In this document: positions 33,065-41,553 of the stretch, piece by piece | Position numbering within the stretch: position 1 is the first letter of the stretch | How the letters are laid out: each line of letters opens with the position of its first letter | NCBI GenBank assembly: GCA_040386535.1 | Contig: JAZKFH010000024.1 | Location: 68,330-132,329, forward strand | Direction of reading: 5' to 3' | Source of the DNA: Myxococcota bacterium | GTDB taxonomy: Bacteria > Myxococcota_A > UBA796 > SXON01 | Length of the DNA: 64,000 nt | The notes under the pieces: model-generated | The model's database searches: none | The model's input: the letters and a program-made list of their open reading frames with translations, nothing else | Told to the model about the DNA's origin: nothing | Program-made: the position numbers and the translations under genes

Positions 33065-34000
33065 TCATTCGTCGATGGGCGTCGCCGTGATCGCGAGGGT
33101 GTACCAGTGGAACCGGCTCCCCTTGTCGTCTTCGGTGCGCGCCAACAGGTACAGGTCCTGCACGCCCGTGAACTTCTTCTCGAAGTACGGGTCGCGGTCG
33201 TAGTCGATCTCGCCCGAGTACGACGTCTTCAGGGCGGCGGTGCCCTCGGTCGCGTCGTAGAGCACGAGCATGAGGTTCGCGGCGGAGCCCTCGGTGAACG
33301 CCGTCACGTCGAAGGTGAGCGTCTGCTCGCCCTCGTACGGCGTCGTGATCTTGTACCAGTCGAAGTCGCCCTCGCGGCCGACGCTGCCGAACAGGGTCTG
33401 CCCGGGGGTGAAGACCTGCGCCGCGGCGCGCTGATCGTTGGGCTCGACCTCCTCCGCATCCCAGTCCACGGGCTCCTTGGAGAGCGTGGTGAGCATGAAC
33501 CAGGTGTACTCGTCGCCCGAGAGCAGGTTGGTCTCCGCGAGCGTGATCCGGTAGGGCTCGATGGCGGGCGCGGGGAAGACGAGCAGCGGGTCGGTCGTGA
33601 GGTAGCCGTCGAGCACCTGGGCGCTCTCGCCGCCCCCGTCGACAAGAATCTGAGGATTCGCGCTCGAGCCGCGAATGCCCGCCTCGACGCGAACGGTGAT
33701 CCAACCGGTCTGGCTCGGCGTGATCGTGAACCAGTCGAGGTCGAGGTACGCGGAGAAATCGCCACAGGCCCACTGCTCCATCGGGAGCGCCTGACTCGTG
33801 TCAGGAGAGTTGTTCGGCTCCAACTCCTCGAAGTCACATCTCGGCGGCGGACCGGTATCGGTGTCCGTGTCGGTCTCGGAGGTGTCCGGCGGACTGGTGT
33901 CCTCCGCGGAATCCTCCTCGGTATCGTCGGTCTCGCTCGGGTTCGGGAAGGCCGGCCGGCAGCCGTTGCAGCCACCCGCGAGGACCAGGAGAAGCACCAT
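33065..34000 (-). CDS. Secreted/lipoprotein with two PPC-like (pre-peptidase C-terminal) domains
   Basis: ELEPNN...DLDWF and EVEPND...DFDWY repeats; short hydrophobic N-terminus with Cys. Confidence 0.8.
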   Translation of the reverse strand: MVLLLVLAGGCNGCRPAFPNPSETDDTEEDSAEDTSPPDTSETDTDTDTGPPPRCDFEELEPNNSPDTSQALPMEQWACGDFSAYLDLDWFTITPSQTGWITVRVEAGIRGSSANPQILVDGGGESAQVLDGYLTTDPLLVFPAPAIEPYRITLAETNLLSGDEYTWFMLTTLSKEPVDWDAEEVEPNDQRAAAQVFTPGQTLFGSVGREGDFDWYKITTPYEGEQTLTFDVTAFTEGSAANLMLVLYDATEGTAALKTSYSGEIDYDRDPYFEKKFTGVQDLYLLARTEDDKGSRFHWYTLAITATPIDE

Positions 34001-34073
34001 CCACCGGCTCCGGGGTCAGGAAGTGCAGGATACCCGCACCGGCTCCGGGTATGTTGGAAAAGAGGAAGACGCC

Positions 34074-35504
34074 ATGGTCTCGATGCTTGTGTTGTTGGCG
34101 GCCTGTACGGGGGAAGATCCGGGGCTCAAGGCGTTGCAGCCCGACATCGTCCCGCTCGACGTCGTGGACTTCGGGGAGATCGTGGTCGACTATTCGAGTG
34201 AGGGCGCCGTTCGCATCAACAACAACGGCCTCGGCATCCTCGAGATCGACGAGATCACGCTCAGCGGGGACGGCGCCTCGATGTTCACCGTGGGCGACGT
34301 GCCCGCCGAGGTCGCCAACAAGAGCATCTACGAGCTCCCCGTGTGGTTCCTCCCCGCGGATCCCCTCGCCTACACCGCCACGATGACCATCCACTCGAAC
34401 GACGAGGACGATCCCGAGCTCGAGGTCACCCTCACCGGCAAGGGTGTCGTCGCCCCGACGCCCGACATCGACTGCTCGTCGCTCTCGATGGACTTCGGCA
34501 CGGTCGTGCCGGGCACGTCGAACATCCAGTACATCACGTGCACCAACATCGGTGACGACGTCCTGGAGATCACGAACGAGCTCCAGGGCGGCAGCGGCAA
34601 CTTCATCGTGCCCCAGGACCACACCGGGTACCTGGTCCCCTCCGGGCAGAACATCACCCTGCTCGTGAACTACACCCCGCTCACCGCGGAGGGGGACAAC
34701 GGCACGATCACCCTCTCCAGCAACGATCCCGACGAGCCCGAGGTCCTCATCACCCTGGTCGGCAACGGCGGCGGCACGTTCGAGTACCCCGTCGCGGTCG
34801 TCGATTGCCCGACCAGCGCGGTCCCCCGCCAGACCGTCCTGGTCGGCGGCGGCGAAAGCTACGATCCGAACGGCTACGACATGCCGTTGACCTACTTGTG
34901 GACCGCGACCGGCCCCTACGAGGAGGTCGCGATCACCCCGATCGGCCCCGACGTGAGCGTCCAGCTCGATCTGGCCGGCGAGTACCGCGTCGCGCTCCAG
35001 GTGCGGAACACCATCGGCCTGCTCTCGGCGCCCACGGTGTGCCGGATCGACGCCATCCCCGAGGAGCAGCTCCACGTCGAGCTCGTGTGGAAGGACGTGA
35101 ACGATCTCGACCTGCACCTGCTCAACGGCGCGGGCGTCCTGTTCGACGAGGTGAACGACTGCAACTACTGCAACGTGAATCCCGATTGGGGCACGAGCGG
35201 TGGCGCGGACGATCCGACGCTCGATCTGGACGCGCGGTCGAGCCCGCCGGGCGTCGAGAACATCAACATCGAGACCCCCGCGGACGACACCTACTCGGTG
35301 AAGGTGCACTACTACGAGGACAGCGGCGCCGGGGATGTCACGGCGACCGTGAACATCTACCTCTACGGCGTGTTGGCCGACAGCTACTCCCGCGTGATGT
35401 CCCGCAACAAGGTGTGGGACGTGGCCGACATCGTGTGGCCCGACGGGTTCGTGCTCGAGACCACCGCCGACCTCTACACGCCGGACGTGCGCTACTGCGA
35501 GTAG
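34074..35504 (+). CDS. Lipoprotein with two choice-of-anchor D (Ig-like) domains, a PKD-like domain and a YfaP-like C-terminal domain
   Basis: LLAAC; VDFG...I.N.G...L.I...SND.D.P...V.L.G.G twice; LHVELVW..DLDLHL...ENINI. Confidence 0.85.
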   Translation: MVSMLVLLAACTGEDPGLKALQPDIVPLDVVDFGEIVVDYSSEGAVRINNNGLGILEIDEITLSGDGASMFTVGDVPAEVANKSIYELPVWFLPADPLAYTATMTIHSNDEDDPELEVTLTGKGVVAPTPDIDCSSLSMDFGTVVPGTSNIQYITCTNIGDDVLEITNELQGGSGNFIVPQDHTGYLVPSGQNITLLVNYTPLTAEGDNGTITLSSNDPDEPEVLITLVGNGGGTFEYPVAVVDCPTSAVPRQTVLVGGGESYDPNGYDMPLTYLWTATGPYEEVAITPIGPDVSVQLDLAGEYRVALQVRNTIGLLSAPTVCRIDAIPEEQLHVELVWKDVNDLDLHLLNGAGVLFDEVNDCNYCNVNPDWGTSGGADDPTLDLDARSSPPGVENINIETPADDTYSVKVHYYEDSGAGDVTATVNIYLYGVLADSYSRVMSRNKVWDVADIVWPDGFVLETTADLYTPDVRYCE

Positions 35505-35519
35505 CGGTCCGGTGAGGAC

Positions 35520-35559
35520 GTAGCGAGGGCGCCCGGAGCTCGTTCCGGGCGCCCGCTAC
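35520..35559. terminator. GC-rich hairpin between convergent genes
   Basis: GTAGCGA-GGGCGCCCGGA-GCTCGT-TCCGGGCGCCC-GCTAC; no U-tract. Confidence 0.45.
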
Positions 35560-35572
35560 ACGACCGCCAGCC

Positions 35573-38200
35573 CTACGGGCAGCTGTGCCCGTCGATCCCG
35601 GGGGTGCCGAACTCGCGGGCGGAGGCGCTCGCGTAGTACCAATCGAAGAACGCGTTGTTGGTCGTCGAGCACCACGCGTCGATCGAGTCGTTCTCGGTCG
35701 CGTCGAACGCGCTCGGATCGAGCTGCATCGAGCGCGAGGCGTCGCGCGGCCAGTAGCCGGCGGCCTCGCTGTAGGTCCACGCCACCTCGTCGATGAGCAG
35801 ACCGCTCGTCGCGTCGCCGTTGGCGTAGATTGCCAACGAATCCGTGTCACGTTGCAGGTTGAACGTATTGTCGGCGTACGTACCCGCGTAGGTGGACGCC
35901 GCGGTCTCGTCGCCCCAGTAATAGTCGCACGGGTCCATGAAGCTGTAGGAGGTCGACGACGACACGAAGTTGTCGGTCTTGCAGAACACCGCGTAGTCAC
36001 CCGCCGCGATCACGACGCCGTCGGCGGGATCGATGTACCAGGCGTCGGCCGCGAGCGTGCTGGAGTAGCGACGGATGTACCAGTCCGACAGGTCGATGTC
36101 GGTGGCGGTCGTGTTGTACAGCTCGAACCACTGGGCGTTGGTGTTGGTCGAGGACCCGCCGACGCGCGGCTGCCGGGTGATCTCGGTGATGATGACATCA
36201 CCCATGGCGATGAAGTCCTCGTCGGAGAGGCCGTCGCAGTCGTTGTCGACGCCGTCGTCCAGCTCAGACGCGCCGGGGTTGCTGGTGCTGTCCCCGTCGT
36301 CACAGTCCTCGATCTCGTCGGTGTACCCGGAGGGCATGTCGCAGGACACGGTGGTGGTCGTGGAGACGCCGTATCCGTCGGCGTCCACGTCGCGGTACCA
36401 GGTGCTCGAGCCGGTCGCGCCCGACTCGTCCACCGCGTCGTCGCAGTCGTTGTCGCGGTCGTCGCAGGTCTCGACCGCGGCCGGGTTCACGGCGGCGTCG
36501 CCGTCGTCACAGTCACGGAAGTCGGAGACGTAGCCGTCGCCGACGGCGCACGCGATCTCGGTGGCGCCCTCGTCGCCGTAGCCATCGCCGTCGCCGTCCG
36601 CGTACACGGTGATGCCGCCCGTCGGGCTGTCGTCGATCGCGCCGTCGCAGTCCTGATCCGCGCCGTCGCAGGTCTCGGTGGCGCCGGGGTAGGTGCCCGC
36701 GCTCGCGTCGTTGCAGTCGGTGGCGGTCGCGACGTAGCCGGCGGGAGCGTCGCATGCGGCCAACGTGTCCGTCGCATCGCCGAAGCCGTCGCTGTCGCCG
36801 TCCCCGTACCAGGTAGACGCGTCGGTCGCGTTGTCGTCCGCCGCGCCGTCACAGTCGTCGTCGAAGCCGTCACACGTCTCGGCGGCGCCGGGGTACACGG
36901 TCCGGTCGGTGTCGTTGCAGTCGGTGTCGGCGGCGACGAAGCCCGCGGGCTGGTCGCACGCGGTGGCGGACCCGGAGGGATCGCCGTAGCCGTCGACGTC
37001 GGCGTCGATGTACCAGGACGAGGCGTCGGTGGCGGTCGACTCGTCGGTGGCGCCGTCACAGTTGTTGTCGAGCCCGTCGCAGCGCTCGTTCGCCGCGGGA
37101 CTCGCCGTGGCGGTCGTGTCGTCGCAGTCGGTCCCGTCCGCGACATAGCCACCGACGACGTCGCAGGAGCGGACATCCGCCGAGGGATCGCCGTAGCCGT
37201 CCGCGTCCCTGTCCGCGTAGAGCGTCATCGCGTCGGGGGAGTCGGTGTCGATCTCCGCGTCGCAGTCGTTGTCGACCCCGTCGCAGAGCTCGGTGGCGCC
37301 GGGCGACGAGGCCGCGTCGGCGTCGTCACAGTCGGTGCCATCCTCGACGTAGCCGGCGGGGGCGCCGCAGGCCTCGACGGACACCGCGAGGTCGCCGTAG
37401 CCGTCGGCGTCCGCGTCCCCGTAGTAGGTCCGGGCGTCCGGCGAGCCCTCGTCGACGCTCGCGTCGCAGTTGTTGTCCTTCAGGTCGCAGAGCTCGGTCG
37501 CGCCCGGGAAGGTCAACGCGTCCGTGTCGTCGCAGTCGGTCGCGTCGTCCACCGTGCCCTCGACGTCGTCGCACACGCTCATGCCGGTGCCGACGTCGCC
37601 GAAGCCGTCCGCGTCGGCGTCGGTGTAGACCGTGCGCCCGTCGATCGCGTCGAGGTCCACGCCGCCGTCGCAGTCGTTGTCGAGGCCGTCACACACCTCG
37701 TCCGCCGCGGGGGACAACGCGGGGTTGGTGTCGTCGCAGTCCTCGTCGTTGCTCGCCGTGCCGACGGGGAGCTCGCAGTAGGTGCCGAGGGCCGCGCCGG
37801 TGCCGAAGCCGTCGGCGTCGGCGTCGAGGTAGGCGCTGAACTCGCCGCCCTCGTCGATCTCGCCGTCGCAGTCGTTGTCGATGTCGTCGCACACGTCCGT
37901 GGCGCCCGGCGAGATGTCGCCGTTCTCGTCGTCACAGTCCGCGTCGGCGTCGTACCCGTCCTCGTCCTGGTCGAAGTCGCTCGCCTCGTCGCAGTCCTGG
38001 TCCACCCCGTCGTACCAGACCTCGTCCGCGCCCGGGTAGACCGAGGCGTCGTCGTCGTCACAGTCGCCCGTCGCGGTGGTGTAGCCGTCGGCGTCGGCGT
38101 CGGCGGAGATCACCGGGTCGGTGTCGGTGTCACCAGAGTCCTTGTCGGGACCGTCGCACCCGACGAAGATCGCGGCGAGGAGGAGAGGGATCAGGCGCAT
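35573..38200 (-). CDS. Lipoprotein with 10 MopE-type Cys/Asp repeats and a C-terminal lamin-tail domain
   Basis: FVGC lipobox; DCDD....PGA.E.CD..DNDCDG x10; VIITEI...QWFELYN...IDLS.W. Confidence 0.9.
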   Translation of the reverse strand: MRLIPLLLAAIFVGCDGPDKDSGDTDTDPVISADADADGYTTATGDCDDDDASVYPGADEVWYDGVDQDCDEASDFDQDEDGYDADADCDDENGDISPGATDVCDDIDNDCDGEIDEGGEFSAYLDADADGFGTGAALGTYCELPVGTASNDEDCDDTNPALSPAADEVCDGLDNDCDGGVDLDAIDGRTVYTDADADGFGDVGTGMSVCDDVEGTVDDATDCDDTDALTFPGATELCDLKDNNCDASVDEGSPDARTYYGDADADGYGDLAVSVEACGAPAGYVEDGTDCDDADAASSPGATELCDGVDNDCDAEIDTDSPDAMTLYADRDADGYGDPSADVRSCDVVGGYVADGTDCDDTTATASPAANERCDGLDNNCDGATDESTATDASSWYIDADVDGYGDPSGSATACDQPAGFVAADTDCNDTDRTVYPGAAETCDGFDDDCDGAADDNATDASTWYGDGDSDGFGDATDTLAACDAPAGYVATATDCNDASAGTYPGATETCDGADQDCDGAIDDSPTGGITVYADGDGDGYGDEGATEIACAVGDGYVSDFRDCDDGDAAVNPAAVETCDDRDNDCDDAVDESGATGSSTWYRDVDADGYGVSTTTTVSCDMPSGYTDEIEDCDDGDSTSNPGASELDDGVDNDCDGLSDEDFIAMGDVIITEITRQPRVGGSSTNTNAQWFELYNTTATDIDLSDWYIRRYSSTLAADAWYIDPADGVVIAAGDYAVFCKTDNFVSSSTSYSFMDPCDYYWGDETAASTYAGTYADNTFNLQRDTDSLAIYANGDATSGLLIDEVAWTYSEAAGYWPRDASRSMQLDPSAFDATENDSIDAWCSTTNNAFFDWYYASASAREFGTPGIDGHSCP

Positions 38201-38277
38201 GGGATCTCCAGGATCGGAAGGAGAGGCACGGGACGTTCGATACGGAAAGTGAAGGCGAGCGGATCAGGGGCACTCGC

Positions 38278-40896
38278 CTAGGGACAGTCATAGTTGGCGG
38301 CGCCGGGCGTGCCGTACTCGACCGCGGTGGCGCTCGCGTAGTACCAGCGGTACGCGCTGGTGTTGGTGGTCGAGCACCAGTGCGTCAGGTCGTCGTTGTC
38401 GGTCCCGTCGAGGAAGGCGGGGTCGAGCGAGAGCGAGCGCTGCGCGTCGCGCGGCCAGTAGCCGTCCGTCGCGTCGTAGGTCCAGTGCACGTCGTCCACG
38501 AGCGTGCCCGTGGTCGTGTCCCCGTCGATCCACACGGAGAGGGTGTCCTCGTCGCGTTGGAGGCTGAACGTGTTGTCGTGGTAGGTGCCCTCGTAGGTCG
38601 AGGCGCGGGAGGCGTCCCCCCACGTGTAGTCGCACACCAACGTGCTCGAAGCGGTCGAGGCGGCGGTGTAGGTCGTCGTCTTGCAGAACACCGCGTAGTC
38701 GCCCGCGCCGAGCACCACGCTGTCGGCGGGGTCGACGTAGAAGCTGTCCCGCACACCGACGCCCGCGTAGCGGGACACGTACCAATTGGACAGGTCGATG
38801 TCGCGGTCGGAGTTGTTGTAGAGCTCGAACCACGCGCCGTTGGTGTTGGTCGCGGCGGCGCCGAAGCGCGGCTGACGTGTCACCTCGCTGACGATGATGT
38901 CGCCCAGGCCGACGAAGTCCTCGTCGACGAAGCCGTCGCAGTCGTTGTCGGCCAGGTCGTCGGCCTCGGGCGCCGCGGGGAAGCTGGTGCCGTCGGTGTC
39001 GTCGCAGTCCGTCGCGTCGTTCGCGTAGCCAACCGGCAGGTCGCAGGCGCTGGTCGTGGCGGTCGAGACGCCGTGCCCGTCCCCGTCCGCGTCGATGTAC
39101 CAGGTGGTCTCGCCGATCGCGCCGGACTCGTCCGCGGCGCCGTCGCAGTCGTCGTCGCGATCGTTGCAGGACTCGGCGGCGCCGGGGTTGACCGCCCCGA
39201 GGCTGTCGTCACAATCGTCCGCCGAGGCCGTGAAGCCCGAGGGCGCCGCGCACGCCGAGAGGCTGGTGGCGGCGGTGCCGTAGCCGTCGGCGTCCGTGTC
39301 CGCGTACCAGGTGGCGGCGTCGGCCGCAGCGTCCTCGTCCACCGTGCCGTCGCAGTTGTTGTCGGCGGTGTCACACACCTCGACGCCGGCGGGGTTGTTG
39401 GTCGCGCTCGCGTCGTCACAATCGTCGGCATTGGTGACATACCCGCGCACGCTGCGGCACGAGGCGGTCGTGACCGCGGGATCACCGTACCCGTCGGTGT
39501 CCGCGTCGGCGAAGTAGCTCGTCGCGTCCGCCGCATCGTCGTCCGCGACGGCGTCACAATCGTCGTCCAGGCCGTTGCAGGTCTCGATCGCGTCGGGATG
39601 CACGAGCGAGTTGGCATCGTCGCAGTCGTCCCCCGTCTCGGCGTAGCCGGCGGGGAGGCCGCAGGACGAGACCGACAGGTCGGCGTCGCCGTAGCCGTCG
39701 GAGTCCGCGTCGTCATAGTAGGTGCGCTCGTCGAGCGCGCCGTCGTCGATGGCGCCGTCGCAATCGTTGTCCTCGAGGTCACACACCTCGTTCGCCCCCA
39801 CGAACGTGAGCGCGTCCGCGTCGTCGCAGTCGGTCGCGTCGTCGACGTAGCCCTCGGGCTGCGCGCACGCGGAGGTCGACACCGCCTCGTCGCCGAAGCC
39901 GTCCGCGTCGGCATCGACATACCACTCGGTGAAGGCGAGGCCGTCGTCCGCGGCGGTGGAGCAGTCGTTGTCCAGCCCGTCGCAGATCTCGACCGCGGCG
40001 GGGTTCACGGCGGCGGACGTGTCGTCACAGTCGGTGAAGTCCTCGATCCGCCCCTCGATCGGGTCACACGAGCGCACCGCGGTCGTGATGTCGCCGAATC
40101 CGTCCGCGTCCGCGTCCACGTAGTACGCGGTCCCGTCCACAGGGTCGTTCGCGACGTTTCCATCGCAGTCCCGATCCAACTCGTCACACAATTCGTCGGC
40201 GGCGGGGTTCACGTCGGCCGCGGCGTCGTCGCAGTCGGTCGCGTCGGCCACGAAGCCGTCGGGGGTGCGGCACGAGAGGACCGACTCGGCGGCGCTCCCG
40301 AAGCCGTCGGCATCGGCGTCCCGGTAGTAGGGCACCTCGTCCGGGCTGCCCTCGTTGACCGCGCCGTCACAGTCGTTGTCGAGGTCGTCACAAATCTCGT
40401 CCGCGCCCGGGTACACGGTGGCCTGGGCGTCGTCACAATCGTCGTCCACGGGGGCGTAGCCGTCGGGGAGCACGCCACAGTAGGTGGTCTCGGCGCCGGG
40501 GGCCCCGTAGCCGTCGAGGTCGGCGTCGAGATACGCGATCTCGCCGTCGGTCGCGCCGATGTCGACCAGGCCGTCACAATCGTTGTCCGCCTCGTCGCAG
40601 ACCTCGGTCCCGTCGGGGTTGATCGTGGCATCCCGATCGTCGCAGTCATCACCCACGACGAAGCCGTCGAGGTCCTGGTCGGTGTCGTTGCCGTCGCAAT
40701 TCTGGTCGATGCCGTCGTACCAGGTCTCGGCGATGTCCGGGTTGACCAGCTCGTCCCCGTCGTCGCAATCGCCTCCGGCCACGGTGAAGCCGTCCTGATC
40801 CGTGTCGTCGGTGGATGCCGCGCCCGTGTCGTCCGCGCCCTTGTCCGTGCAGGCGACGATGAACAGGGCGAACAACGAGAGGGTCAGCGTCTTCAT
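38278..40896 (-). CDS. Tandem paralog: lipoprotein with 10 MopE-type repeats and a lamin-tail domain
   Basis: 3' part of ORF 38278..44646; real start ATG 40896 (MKTLTLSLFALFIVAC); same architecture as 35573..38200. Confidence 0.9.
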   Translation of the reverse strand: MKTLTLSLFALFIVACTDKGADDTGAASTDDTDQDGFTVAGGDCDDGDELVNPDIAETWYDGIDQNCDGNDTDQDLDGFVVGDDCDDRDATINPDGTEVCDEADNDCDGLVDIGATDGEIAYLDADLDGYGAPGAETTYCGVLPDGYAPVDDDCDDAQATVYPGADEICDDLDNDCDGAVNEGSPDEVPYYRDADADGFGSAAESVLSCRTPDGFVADATDCDDAAADVNPAADELCDELDRDCDGNVANDPVDGTAYYVDADADGFGDITTAVRSCDPIEGRIEDFTDCDDTSAAVNPAAVEICDGLDNDCSTAADDGLAFTEWYVDADADGFGDEAVSTSACAQPEGYVDDATDCDDADALTFVGANEVCDLEDNDCDGAIDDGALDERTYYDDADSDGYGDADLSVSSCGLPAGYAETGDDCDDANSLVHPDAIETCNGLDDDCDAVADDDAADATSYFADADTDGYGDPAVTTASCRSVRGYVTNADDCDDASATNNPAGVEVCDTADNNCDGTVDEDAAADAATWYADTDADGYGTAATSLSACAAPSGFTASADDCDDSLGAVNPGAAESCNDRDDDCDGAADESGAIGETTWYIDADGDGHGVSTATTSACDLPVGYANDATDCDDTDGTSFPAAPEADDLADNDCDGFVDEDFVGLGDIIVSEVTRQPRFGAAATNTNGAWFELYNNSDRDIDLSNWYVSRYAGVGVRDSFYVDPADSVVLGAGDYAVFCKTTTYTAASTASSTLVCDYTWGDASRASTYEGTYHDNTFSLQRDEDTLSVWIDGDTTTGTLVDDVHWTYDATDGYWPRDAQRSLSLDPAFLDGTDNDDLTHWCSTTNTSAYRWYYASATAVEYGTPGAANYDCP

Positions 40897-40952
40897 GGTG
40901 CCTGGGGGCGAGGGCGGCCACCATAGCAGAAGCCCGCGGACCGTGGAACCAA

Positions 40953-41504
40953 TCAACCAATCCGATCGCCACCCCGCGCGAAGAGCGGATGTGCCAGAAG
41001 ATGGATCCACCCGTAGTGCAGGCCCGCCGCGGTGCCGAACAGGCCGGTGAGCACGGTGGGGACGAGCGCGTCGCCATCGAGCAGGACCGTGACCACGGAC
41101 ACCGCGAGGAGCACGGCGGTGACACGCCCGAGCAGGCTGGTGCGGGGCGCGGGCCCCCGCCCCGTGCGGAAGTTGTGCATCAGCACGGGGTGCATCACGA
41201 CTTGGATGAGCTCGCGGCTGAACCACGCGAGCATCCACCAATCCGGCATGCGATCGAGCACCGCGAGGGTCCACCCGAGGTTGACGTGGAGGGTCTTGTC
41301 CACCCACCCGTCGAACGCCGCGCCGGCGGCCGAGGCGGTGCCCGTGCGGCGCGCCACCGCGCCGTCGACCACGTCCGTGAGCAGCGCGAACAGGTACACC
41401 CAGAGGCCCCACTGCGTCGGGACCACGAAGGGCATGGCGGCGGCGAGGAGGAGCCGGGAGAACGTCAGCGCGCCCGCGACGTTGAGGAGCTGGCGCAGCT
41501 GCAT
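40953..41504 (-). CDS. CDP-alcohol phosphatidyltransferase family protein
   Basis: LTFSRL, DVVDGAVARR.......G..FD..VDK signature. Confidence 0.9.
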   Translation of the reverse strand: MQLRQLLNVAGALTFSRLLLAAAMPFVVPTQWGLWVYLFALLTDVVDGAVARRTGTASAAGAAFDGWVDKTLHVNLGWTLAVLDRMPDWWMLAWFSRELIQVVMHPVLMHNFRTGRGPAPRTSLLGRVTAVLLAVSVVTVLLDGDALVPTVLTGLFGTAAGLHYGWIHLLAHPLFARGGDRIG

Positions 41505-41541
41505 GGGCCCCGATCCCTACCCCGTGCGCCTCCGCCCCGCG

Positions 41542-41547
41542 TAGAAT
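41542..41547 (+). promoter_or_regulatory. Candidate -10 box (TAGAAT) 6 nt before ATG 41554; possible leaderless mRNA
   Basis: TAGAAT-GTGACG-ATG with no SD sequence. Confidence 0.5.
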
Positions 41548-41553
41548 GTGACG

